This document shows, piece by piece, positions 1 through 15,000 of a DNA stretch of 64,000 bases. Positions within the stretch are counted from its first letter, which is position 1, and each line of letters begins with the position of its first letter. The notes under the pieces were generated by a model. It did not search any database. It was not told the DNA's origin and saw only the letters and a list, made by a program, of their open reading frames with translations. The position numbers and the translations under genes were made by a program. Source of the stretch: Eledone cirrhosa (taxonomy: Eukaryota); NCBI GenBank assembly GCA_964016885.1, contig OZ024743.1, positions 182,280,001-182,344,000 on the forward strand. Reading direction: 5' to 3'.

Positions 1-3000
1 CCACAAGTGGTCACTATTCAACTCTCACAACCATTGTACCAGTTGTAATGACATAACACCATAGTGACAACATGTGAAACACAATTGGTCACTATTGAAC
101 TCTCACAACCATTGTACCAGTTGTAATGACATAATAACATAGTGACAACATGTGAACTACAAGTGGTCACTATTCAACTCTCACAACCATTGTACCAGTT
201 GTAATGACATAATAACATAGTGACAACATGTGAAACACAATTGGTCACTATTCAACTCTCACAACCATTGTACCAGTTGTAATGACATAACAACATAGTG
301 ACAACATGTGAACCACAAATGGTCACTATTCAACTCTCACAACCATTGTACCTGTTGTAATGACGTAACACCATAGTGACAACATGTGAAACACAATTGG
401 TCACTATTCAACTCTCACAACCATTGTACCAGTTATAATGACATAACAACATAGTGACAACATGTGAACCACAAGTGGTCACTATTCAACTCTCACAACC
501 ATTGTACCAGTTGTAATGACATAACAACATAGTGACAGCTTGTGAACCACAATTGGTCACTATTCAACTCTCACAACCATTGTACCAGTTGTAATGACAT
601 AACAACATAGTGACAACATGTGAAACACAATTGGTCACTATTCAACTCTAACAACCATTGTACCAGTTGTAATGACATAACAACATAGTGACAGCTTGTG
701 AACCACAATTGGTCACTATTCAACTCTCACAACCATTGTACCAGTTGTAATGACATAACAACATAGTGACAACATGTGAACCACAAATGGTCACTATTCA
801 ACTCTCACAACCATTGTACCAGTTGTAATGACATAACAACATAGTGACAACATGTGAAACACAATTGGTCAATATTCAACTCTCACAACCATTGTACCAG
901 TTGTAATGACATAACAACATAGTCACAACATGTGAAATACAATTGGTCACTATTCAACTCTCACAACCATTGTACTAGTTGTAATGACATAACAACATAG
1001 TGACAACATGTGAAACACAATTGATCACTATTCAACTCTCACAACCATCGTACCAGTTGTAATGACATAATAACATAGTGACAACATGTGAACCACAAGT
1101 GGTCACTATTCAACTCTCACAACTATTGTACCAGTTGTAATGACATAACAACATAGTGACAACATGTGAACCACAAGTGGTCACTATTCAACTCTCACAA
1201 CTATTGTACCAGTTGTAATGACATAACAACATAGTGACAACATGTGAAACACAAGTGGTCACTATTCAACTCTCACAACCATTGTACCAGTTGTTATTAC
1301 ATAACAACATAGTGACAACATGTGAACCACAAGTTGTCACTATTCAACTCTCACAACCATTGTACCAGTTGTAATGACATAACAACATAGTGACAACATG
1401 TGAACCACAAGTGGTCACTATTCAACTCTCACAACTATTGTACCAGTTGTCATGACATAACAACATAGTGACAACATGTGAAACACAAGTGGTCACTATT
1501 CAACTCTCACAACTATTGTACCAGTTGTAATGACATAACAACATAGTGACAACATGTGAACCACAAGTGGTCACTATTCAACTCTCACAACCATTGTACC
1601 AGTTGTAATGACATAACAACATAGTGACAACATGTGAACCACAAGTGGTCACTATTCAACTCTCACAACCATTGTACCAGTTGTAATGACATAACACCAT
1701 AGTGACAACATGTGAACCATAAATGGTCACTATTCAACTCTCACAACCATTGTACCAGTTGTAATGACATAACAACATAGTGACAACATGTGAAACACAA
1801 TTGGTCACTATTCAACTCTAACAACCATTGTACCAGTTGTAATGACATAACAACATAGTGACAGCTTGTGAACCACAATTGGTCACTATTCAACTCTCAC
1901 AACCATTGTACCAGTTGTAATGACATAACAACATAGTGACAACATGTGAACCACAAATGGTCACTATTCAACTCTCACAACCATTGTACCAGTTGTAATG
2001 ACATAACAACATAGTGACAACATGTGAAACACAATTGGTCACTATTCAACTCTCACAACCATTGTACCAGTTGTAATGACATAACAACATAGTGACAACA
2101 TGTGAAACACAATTGGTCACTATTCAACTCTCACAACCATTGTACTAGTTGTAATGACATAACAACATAGTGACAACATGTGAAACACAATTGATCACTA
2201 TTCAACTCTCACAACCATCGTACCAGTTGTAATGACATAATAACATAGTGACAACATGTGAACCACAAGTGGTCACTATTCAACTCTCACAACTATTGTA
2301 CCAGTTGTAATGACATAACAACATAGTGACAACATGTGAACCACAAGTGGTCACTATTCAACTCTCACAACTATTGTACCAGTTGTAATGACATAACAAC
2401 ATAGTGACAACATGTGAAACACAAGTGGTCACTATTCAACTCTCACAACTATTGTACCAGTTGTAATGACATAACAACATAGTGACAACATGTGAACCAC
2501 AAGTGGTCACTATTCAACTCTCACAACCATTGTACCAGTTGTAATGACATAAAAACATAGTGACAACATGTGAACCACAAGTGGTCACTATTCAACTCTC
2601 ACAACCATTGTACCAGTTGTAATGACATAACACCATAGTGACAACATGTGAAACACAATTGGTCACTATTCAACTCTCACAACCATTGTACCAGTTATAA
2701 TGACATAACAACATAGTGACAACATGTGAACCACAAGTGGTCACTATTCAACTCTCACAACCATTGTACCAGTTGTAATGACATAACACCATAGTGACAA
2801 CATGTGAAACACAATTGGTCACTATTCAACTCTCACAACCATTGTACCAGTTGTAATGACATAATAACATAGTGACAACATGTGAACCACAAGTGGTCAC
2901 TATTCAACTCTCACAACCATTGTACCAGTTGTAATGACATAATAACATAGTGACAACATGTGAAACACAATTGGTCACTATTCAACTCTCACAACCATTG

Positions 3001-6000
3001 TACCAGTTGTAATGACATAACAACATAGTGACAACATGTGAACCACAAATGGTCACTATTCAACTCTCACAACTATTGTACCAGTTGTAATGACATAACA
3101 ACATAGTGACAACATGTGAACCATAAATGGTCACTATTCAACTCTCACAACCATTGTACCAGTTGCAATGACACAACAACATAGTGACAACATGTGAACA
3201 ACAAGTGGTCACTATTCAACTCTCACAACCATTGTACCAGTTGTAATGACATAACAACATAGTGACAGCTTGTGAACCACAATTGGTCACTATTCAACTC
3301 TCACAACCATTGTACCAGTTGTAATGACATAACAACATAGTGACAACATGTGAAACACAATTGGTCACTATTCAACTCTAACAACCATTGTACCAGTTGT
3401 AATGACATAACAACATAGTGACAGCTTGTGAACCACAAGTGGTCACTATTCAACTCTCACAACCATTGTACCAGTTGTAATGACATAACAACATAGTGAC
3501 AACATGTGAACCACAAATGGTCACTATTCAACTCTCACAACCATTGTACCAGTTGTAATGACATAACAACATAGTGACAACATGTGAAACACAATTGGTC
3601 ACTATTCAACTCTCACAACCATTGTACCAGTTGTAATGACATAACAACATAGTGACAACATGTGAAACACAATTGGTCACTATTCAACTCTCACAACCAT
3701 TGTACTAGTTGTAATGACATAACAACATAGTGACAACATGTGAAACACAATTGATCACTATTCAACTCTCACAACCATCGTACCAGTTGTAATGACATAA
3801 TAACATAGTGACAACATGTGAACCACAAGTGGTCACTATTCAACTCTCACAACTATTGTACCAGTTGTAATGACATAACAACATAGTGACAACATGTGAA
3901 CCACAAGTGGTCACTATTCAACTCTCACAACTATTGTACCAGTTGTAATGACATAACAACATAGTGACAACATGTGAAACACAAGTGGTCACTATTCAAC
4001 TCTCACAACCATTGTACCAGTTGTTATTACATAACAACATAGTGACAACATGTGAACCACAAGTTGTCACTATTCAACTCTCACAACCATTGTACCAGTT
4101 GTAATGACATAACAACATAGTGACAACATGTGAACCACAAGTGGTCACTATTCAACTCTCACAACTATTGTAACAGTTGTAATGACATAACAACATAGTG
4201 ACAACATGTGAAACACAAGTGGTCACTATTCAACTCTCACAACTATTGTACCAGTTGTAATGACATAACAACATAGTGACAACATGTGAACCACAAGTGG
4301 TCACTATTCAACTCTCACAACCATTGTACCAGTTGTAATGACATAACAACATAGTGACAACATGTGAACCACAAGTGGTCACTATTCAACTCTCACAACC
4401 ATTGTACCAGTTGTAATGACATAACACCATAGTGACAACATGTGAAACACAATTGGTCACTATTCAACTCTCACAACCATTGTACCAGTTATAATGACAT
4501 AACAACATAGTGACAACATGTGAACCACAAGTGGTCACTATTCAACTCTCACAACCATTGTACCAGTTGTAATGACATAACACCATAGTGACAACATGTG
4601 AAACACAATTGGTCACTATTCAACTCTCACAACCATTGTACCAGTTGTAATGACATAATAACATAGTGACAACATGTGAACCACAAGTGGTCACTATTCA
4701 ACTCTCACAACCATTGTACCAGTTGTAATGACATAATAACATAGTGACAACATGTGAAACACAATTGGTCACTATTCAACTCTCACAACCATTGTACCAG
4801 TTGTAATGACATAACAACATAGTGACAACATGTGAACCACAAATGGTCACTATTCAACTCTCACAACTATTGTACCAGTTGTAATGACATAACAACATAG
4901 TGACAACATGTGAACCATAAATGGTCACTATTCAACTCTCACAACCATTGTACCAGTTGCAATGACACAACAACATAGTGACAACATGTGAACAACAAGT
5001 GGTCACTATTCAACTCTCACAACCATTGTACCAGTTGTAATGACATAACAACATAGTGACAGCTTGTGAACCACAATTGGTCACTATTCAACTCTCACAA
5101 CCATTGTACCAGTTGTAATGACATAACAACATAGTGACAACATGTGAAACACAATTGGTTACTATTCAACTCTAACAACCATTGTACCAGTTGTAATGAC
5201 ATAACAACATAGTGACAGCTTGTGAACCACAAGTGGTCACTATTCAACTCTCACAACCATTGTACCAGTTGTAATGACATAACAACATAGTGACAACATG
5301 TGAACCACAAATGGTCACTATTCAACTCTCACAACCATTGTACCAGTTGTAATGACATAACAACATAGTGACAACATGTGAAACACAATTGGTCACTATT
5401 CAACTCTCACAACCATTGTACCAGTTGTAATGACATAACAACATAGTGACAACATGTGAAACACAATTGGTCACTATTCAACTCTCACAACCATTGTACT
5501 AGTTGTAATGACATAACAACATAGTGACAACATGTGAAACACAATTGATCACTATTCAACTCTCACAACCATCGTACCAGTTGTAATGACATAATAACAT
5601 AGTGACAACATGTGAACCACAAGTGGTCACTATTCAACTCTCACAACTATTGTACCAGTTGTAATGACATAACAACATAGTGACAACATGTGAACCACAA
5701 GTGGTCACTATTCAACTCTCACAACTATTGTACCAGTTGTAATGACATAACAACATAGTGACAACATGTGAAACACAAGTGGTCACTATTCAACTCTCAC
5801 AACCATTGTACCAGTTGTTATTACATAACAACATAGTGACAACATGTGAACCACAAGTTGTCACTATTCAACTCTCACAACCATTGTACCAGTTGTAATG
5901 ACATAACAACATAGTGACAACATGTGAACCACAAGTGGTCACTATTCAACTCTCACAACTATTGTAACAGTTGTAATGACATAACAACATAGTGACAACA

Positions 6001-9000
6001 TGTGAAACACAAGTGGTCACTATTCAACTCTCACAACTATTGTACCAGTTGTAATGACATAACAACATAGTGACAACATGTGAACCACAAGTGGTCACTA
6101 TTCAACTCTCACAACCATTGTACCAGTTGTAATGACATAACACCATAGTGACAACATGTGAAACACAATTGGTCACTATTGAACTCTCACAACCATTGTA
6201 CCAGTTGTAATGACATAATAACATAGTGACAACATGTGAACTACAAGTGGTCACTATTCAACTCTCACAACCATTGTACCAGTTGTAATGACATAATAAC
6301 ATAGTGACAACATGTGAAACACAATTGGTCACTATTCAACTCTCACAACCATTGTACCAGTTGTAATGACATAACAACATAGTGACAACATGTGAACCAC
6401 AAATGGTCACTATTCAACTCTCACAACCATTGTACCAGTTGTAATGACGTAACACCATAGTGACAACATGTGAAACACAATTGGTCACTATTCAACTCTC
6501 ACAACCATTGTACCAGTTATAATGACATAACAACATAGTGACAACATGTGAACCACAAGTGGTCACTATTCAACTCTCACAACCATTGTACCAGTTGTAA
6601 TGACATAACAACATAGTGACAGCTTGTGAACCACAATTGGTCACTATTCAACTCTCACAACCATTGTACCAGTTGTAATGACATAACAACATAGTGACAA
6701 CATGTGAAACACAATTGGTCACTATTCAACTCTAACAACCATTGTACCAGTTGTAATGACATAACAACATAGTGACAGCTTGTGAACCACAATTGGTCAC
6801 TATTCAACTCTCACAACCATTGTACCAGTTGTAATGACATAACAACATAGTGACAACATGTGAACCACAAATGGTCACTATTCAACTCTCACAACCATTG
6901 TACCAGTTGTAATGACATAACAACATAGTGACAACATGTGAAACACAATTGGTCAATATTCAACTCTCACAACCATTGTACCAGTTGTAATGACATAACA
7001 ACATAGTGACAACATGTGAAACACAATTGGTCACTATTCAACTCTCACAACCATTGTACTAGTTGTAATGACATAACAACATAGTGACAACATGTGAAAC
7101 ACAATTGATCACTATTCAACTCTCACAACCATCGTACCAGTTGTAATGACATAATAACATAGTGACAACATGTGAACCACAAGTGGTCACTATTCAACTC
7201 TCACAACTATTGTACCACTTGTAATGACAAAACAACATAGTGACAACATGTGAACCACAAGTGGTCACTATTCAACTCTCACAACTATTGTACCAGTTGT
7301 AATGACATAACAACATAGTGACAACATGTGAAACACAAGTGGTCACTATTCAACTCTCACAACCATTGTACCAGTTGTTATTACATAACAACATAGTGAC
7401 AACATGTGAACCACAAGTTGTCACTATTCAACTCTCACAACCATTGTACCAGTTGTAATGACATAACAACATAGTGACAACATGTGAACCACAAGTGGTC
7501 ACTATTCAACTCTCACAACTATTGTACCAGTTGTCATGACATAACAACATAGTGACAACATGTGATACACAAGTGGTCACTATTCAACTCTCACAACTAT
7601 TGTACCAGTTGTAATGACATAACAACATAGTGACAACATGTGAACCACAAGTGGTCACTATTCAACTCTCACAACCATTGTACCAGTTGTAATGACATAA
7701 CAACATAGTGACAACATGTGAACCACAAGTGGTCACTATTCAACTCTCACAACCATTGTACCAGTTGTAATGACATAACACCATAGTGACAACATGTGAA
7801 CCATAAATGGTCACTATTCAACTCTCACAACCATTGTACCAGTTGTAATGACATAACAACATAGTGACAACATGTGAAACACAATTGGTCACTATTCAAC
7901 TCTAACAACCATTGTACCAGTTGTAATGACATAACAACATAGTGACAGCTTGTGAACCACAATTGGTCACTATTCAACTCTCACAACCATTGTACCAGTT
8001 GTAATGACATAACAACATAGTGACAACATGTGAACCACAAATGGTCACTATTCAACTCTCACAACCATTGTACCAGTTGTAATGACATAACAACATAGTG
8101 ACAACATGTGAAACACAATTGGTCACTATTCAACTCTCACAACCATTGTACCAGTTGTAATGACATAACAACATAGTGACAACATGTGAAACACAATTGG
8201 TCACTATTCAACTCTCACAACCATTGTACTAGTTGTAATGACATAACAACATAGTGACAACATGTGAAACACAATTGATCACTATTCAACTCTCACAACC
8301 ATCGTACCAGTTGTAATGACATAATAACATAGTGACAACATGTGAACCACAAGTGGTCACTATTCAACTCTCACAACTATTGTACCAGTTGTAATGACAT
8401 AACAACATAGTGACAACATGTGAACCACAAGTGGTCAGTATTCAACTCTCACAACTATTGTACCAGTTGTAATGACATAACAACATAGTGACAACATGTG
8501 AAACACAAGTGGTCACTATTCAACTCTCACAACCATTGTACCAGTTGTTATTACATAACAACATAGTGACAACATGTGAACCACAAGTTGTCACTATTCA
8601 ACTCTCACAACCATTGTACCAGTTGTAATGACATAACAACATAGTGACAACATGTGAACCACAAGTGGTCACTATTCAACTCTCACAACTATTGTACCAG
8701 TTGTCATGACATAACAACATAGTGACAACATGTGAAACACAAGTGGTCACTATTCAACTCTCACAACTATTGTACCAGTTGTAATGACATAACAACATAG
8801 TGACAACATGTGAACCACAAGTGGTCACTATTCAACTCTCACAACCATTGTACCAGTTGTAATGACATAACAACATAGTGACAACATGTGAACCACAAGT
8901 GGTCACTATTCAACTCTCACAACCATTGTACCAGTTGTAATGACATAACACCATAGTGACAACATGTGAAACACAATTGGTCACTATTCAACTCTCACAA

Positions 9001-12000
9001 CCATTGTACCAGTTATAATGACATAACAACATAGTGACAACATGTGAACCACAAGTGGTCACTATTCAACTCTCACAACCATTGTACCAGTTGTAATGAC
9101 ATAACACCATAGTGACAACATGTGAAACACAATTGGTCACTATTCAACTCTCACAACCATTGTACCAGTTGTAATGACATAATAACATAGTGACAACATG
9201 TGAACCACAAGTGGTCACTATTCAACTCTCACAACCATTGTACCAGTTGTAATGACATAATAACATAGTGACAACATGTGAAACACAATTGGTCACTATT
9301 CAACTCTCACAACCATTGTACCAGTTGTAATGACATAACAACATAGTGACAACATGTGAACCACAAATGGTCACTATTCAACTCTCACAACTATTGTACC
9401 AGTTGTAATGACATAAGAACATAGTGACAACATGTGAACCATAAATGGTCACTATTCAACTCTCACAACCATTGTACCAGTTGCAATGACACAACAACAT
9501 AGTGACAACATGTGAACAACAAGTGGTCACTATTCAACTCTCACAACCATTGTACCAGTTGTAATGACATAACAACATAGTGACAGCTTGTGAACCACAA
9601 TTGGTCACTATTCAACTCTCACAACCATTGTACCAGTTGTAATGACATAACAACATAGTGACAACATGTGAAACACAATTGGTCACTATTCAACTCTAAC
9701 AACCATTGTACCAGTTGTAATGACATAACAACATAGTGACAGCTTGTGAACCACAAGTGGTCACTATTCAACTCTCACAACCATTGTACCAGTTGTAATG
9801 ACATAACAACATAGTGACAACATGTGAACCACAAATGGTCACTATTCAACTCTCACAACCATTGTACCAGTTGTAATGACATAACAACATAGTGACAACA
9901 TGTGAAACACAATTGGTCACTATTCAACTCTCACAACCATTGTACCAGTTGTAATGACATAACAACATAGTGACAACATGTGAAACACAATTGGTCACTA
10001 TTCAACTCTCACAACCATTGTACTAGTTGTAATGACATAACAACATAGTGACAACATGTGAAACACAATTGATCACTATTCAACTCTCACAACCATCGTA
10101 CCAGTTGTAATGACATAATAACATAGTGACAACATGTGAACCACAAGTGGTCACTATTCAACTCTCACAACTATTGTACCAGTTGTAATGACATAACAAC
10201 ATAGTGACAACATGTGAACCACAAGTGGTCACTATTCAACTCTCACAACTATTGTACCAGTTGTAATGACATAACAACATAGTGACAACATGTGAAACAC
10301 AAGTGGTCACTATTCAACTCTCACAACCATTGTACCAGTTGTTATTACATAACAACATAGTGACAACATGTGAACCACAAGTTGTCACTATTCAACTCTC
10401 ACAACCATTGTACCAGTTGTAATGACATAACAACATAGTGACAACATGTGAACCACAAGTGGTCACTATTCAACTCTCACAACTATTGTAACAGTTGTAA
10501 TGACATAACAACATAGTGACAACATGTGAACCACAAGTGGTCACTATTCAACTCTCACAACCATTGTACCAGTTGTAATGACATAACAACATAGTGACAA
10601 CTTGTGAACCACAATTGGTCACTATTCAACTCTCATAACCATTGTACCAGTTGTAATGACATAACAACATAGTGACAACATGTGAACCACAAGTGGTCAC
10701 TATTCAACTCTCACAACCATTGTACCAGTTGTAATGACATAACAACAAAGTGACAACATGTGAACCACAAGTGGTCACTATTCAACTCTCACAACCATTG
10801 TACCAGTTGTAATGACATAATAACATAGTGACAACATGTGAACCACAAGTGGTCACTATTCAACTCTCACAACCATTGTACCAGTTGTAATGACATAACA
10901 ACATAGTGACAACATGTGAACCACAAGTGGTCACTATTCAACTCTCACAACCATAGTACCAGTTGTAATGACATAACAACATAGTGACAACATGTGAACC
11001 ACAAATGGTCACTATTCAACTCTCACAACTATTGTACCAGTTGTAATGACATAACAACATAGTGACAACATGTGAAACACAATTGGTCACTATTCAACTC
11101 TCACAACCATTGTACCAGTTGTAATGACATAACAACATAGTGACAACATGTGAACCACAAATGGTCACTATTCAACTCTCACAACTATTGTGCCTGTTGT
11201 AATGACATAACAACATAGTGACAACATGTGAACCACAAGTGGTCACTATTCAACTCTCATAACCATTGTACGAGTTGTAATAACATAACAACATAGTGAC
11301 AACATGTGAACCACAAGTGGTCACTATTCAACTCTCACAACTATTGTACCAGTTGTAATGACATAACAACATAGTGACAACATGTGAAACACAAGTGGTC
11401 ACTATTCAACTCTCACAACCATTGTACCAGTTGTAATGACATAACAACATAGTGACAACATGTGAACCACAATTGGTCACTATTCAACTCTCACAACCAT
11501 TGTACCAGTTGTAATGACATAACAACATAGTGACAACATGTGAACCACAAGTGGTCACTATTCAACTCTCAGAACCATTGTACCAGTTGTAATGACATAA
11601 CAACATAGTGACAACATGTGAACCACAAGTCGTCACTATTCAACTCTCACAACCATTGTACCAGTTTTAATGACATAACACCATAGTGACAACATGTGAA
11701 ACACAATTGGTCACTATTCAACTCTCACAACCATTGTACCAGTTATAATGACATAACAACATAGTGACAACATGTGAACCACAAGTGGTCACTATTCAAC
11801 TCTCACAACCATTGTACCAGTTGTAATGACATAACACCATAGTGACAACATGTGAAACACAATTGGTCACTATTCAACTCTCACAACCATTGTACCAGTT
11901 GTAATGACATAATAACATAGTGACAACATGTGAACCACAAGTGGTCACTATTCAACTCTCACAACCATTGTACCAGTTGTAATGACATAATAACATAGTG

Positions 12001-15000
12001 ACAACATGTGAAACACAATTGGTCACTATTCAACTCTCACAACCATTGTACCAGTTGTAATGACATAACAACATAGTGACAACATGTGAACCACAAATGG
12101 TCACTATTCAACTCTCACAACTATTGTACCAGTTGTAATGACATAACAACATAGTGACAACATGTGAACCATAAATGGTCACTATTCAACGCTCACAACC
12201 ATTGTACCAGTTGCAATGACACAACAACATAGTTACAACATGTGAACCACAAGTGGTCACTATTCAACTCTCACAACCATTGTACCAGTTGTAATGACAT
12301 AACAACATAGTGACAGCTTGTGAACCACAATTGGTCACTATTCAACTCTCACAACCATTGTACCAGTTGTAATGACATAACAACATAGTGACAACATGTG
12401 AAACACAATTGGTCACTATTCAACTCTAACAACCATTGTACCAGTTGTAATGACATAACAATATAGTGACAGCTTGTGAACCACAATTGGTCACTATTCA
12501 ACTCTCACAACCATTGTACCAGTTGTAATGACATAACAACATAGTGACAACATGTGAACCACAAATGGTCACTATTCAACTCTCACAACCATTGTACCAG
12601 TTGTAATGACATAACAACATAGTGACAACATGTGAAACACAATTGGTCACTATTCAACTCTCACAACCATTGTACCAGTTGTAATGACATAACAACATAG
12701 TGACAACATGTGAAACACAATTGGTCACTATTCAACTCTCACAACCATTGTACTAGTTGTAATGACATAACAACATAGTGACAACATGTGAAACACAATT
12801 GATCACTATTCAACTCTCACAACCATCGTACCAGTTGTAATGACATAATAACATAGTGACAACATGTGAACCACAAGTGGTCACTATTCAACTCTCACAA
12901 CTATTGTACCAGTTGTAATGACATAACAACATAGTGACAACATGTGAACCACAAGTGGTCACTATTCAACTCTCACAACTATTGTACCAGTTGTAATGAC
13001 ATAACAACATAGTGACAACATGTGAAACACAAGTGGTCACTATTCAACTCTCACAACCATTGTACCAGTTGTTATTACATAACAACATAGTGACAACATG
13101 TGAACCACAAGTTGTCACTATTCAACTCTCACAACCATTGTACCAGTTGTAATGACATAACAACATAGTGACAACATGTGAAATACAAGTGGTCACTATT
13201 CAACTCTCACAACTATTGTACCAGTTGTAATGACATAACAACATAGTGACAACATGTGAACCACAAGTGGTCACTATTCAACTCTCACAACCATTGTACC
13301 AGTTGTAATGACATAACAACATAGTGACAACATGTGAACCACAAGTGGTCACTATTCAACTCTCACAACCATTGTACCAGTTGTAATGACATAATAACAT
13401 AGTGACAACATGTGAACCACAAGTGGTCACTATTCAACTCTCACAACCATTGTACCAGTTGTAATGACATAATAACATAGTGACAACATGTGAACCACAA
13501 GTGGTCACTATTCAACTCTCACAACCATAGTACCAGTTGTAATGACATAACAACATAGTGACAACATGTGAACCACAAATGGTCACTATTCAACTCTCAC
13601 AACTATTGTACCAGTTGTAATGACATAACAACATAGTGACAACATGTGAACTACAAATGGTCACTATTCAACTCTCACAACTATTGTACCAGTTGTAATG
13701 ACATAACAACATAGTGACAACATGTGAAACACAATTGGTCACTATTCAACTCTCACAACCATTGTACCAGTTGTAATGACATAACAACATAGTGACAACA
13801 TGTGAACCACAAATGGTCACTATTCAACTCTCACAACTATTGTGCCTGTTGTAATGACATAACAACATAGTGACAACATGTGAACCACAAGTGGTCACTA
13901 TTCAACTCTCATAACCATTGTACGAGTTGTAATAACATAACAACATAGTGACAACATGTGAACCACAAGTGGTCACTATTCAACTCTCACAACTATTGTA
14001 CCAGTTGTAATGACATAACAACATAGTGACAACATGTGAACCACAAGTGGTCACTATTCAACTCTCAGAACCATTGTAACAGTTGTAATGACATAACAAC
14101 ATAGTGACAACATGTGAACCACAAGTCGTCACTATTCAACTCTCACAACCATTGTACCAGTTGTAATGACATAACACCATAGTGACAACATGTGAAACAC
14201 AATTGGTCACTATTCAACTCTCACAACCATTGTACCAGTTGTAATGACATAACAACATAGTGACAACATGTGAACCACAATTGGTCACTATTCAACTCTC
14301 ACAACCATTGTACCAGTTGTAATGACATAACAACATAGTGACAACATGTGAACCACAAGTGGTCACTATTCAACTCTCACAACCATTGTACCAGTTGTAA
14401 TGACATAATAACATAGTGACAACATGTGAAACACAATTGGTCACTATTCAACTCTCACAACCATTGTACCAGTTCTAATGACATAACAACATAGTGACAA
14501 CATGTGAACCACAAATGGTCACTATTCAACTCTCACAACTATTGTACCAGTTGTAATGACATAACAACATAGTGACAACATGTGAACCATAAATTGTCAC
14601 TATTCAACTCTTACAACCATTGTACCAGTTGCAATGACACAACAACATAGTGACAACATGTGAACCACAAGTGGTCACTATTCAACTCTCACAACCATTG
14701 TACCAGTTGTAATGACATAACAACATAGTGACAGCTTGTGAACCACAATTGGTCACTATTCAACTCTCACAACCATTGTACCAGTTGTAATGACATAACA
14801 ACATAGTGACAACATGTGAAACACAATTGGTCACTATTCAACTCTAACAACCATTGTACCAGTTGTAATGACATAACAACATAGTGACAGCTTGTGAACC
14901 ACAATTGGTCACTATTCAACTCTCACAACCATTGTACCAGTTGTAATGACATAACAAGATAGTGACAACATGTGAACCACAAATGGTTACTATTCAACTC

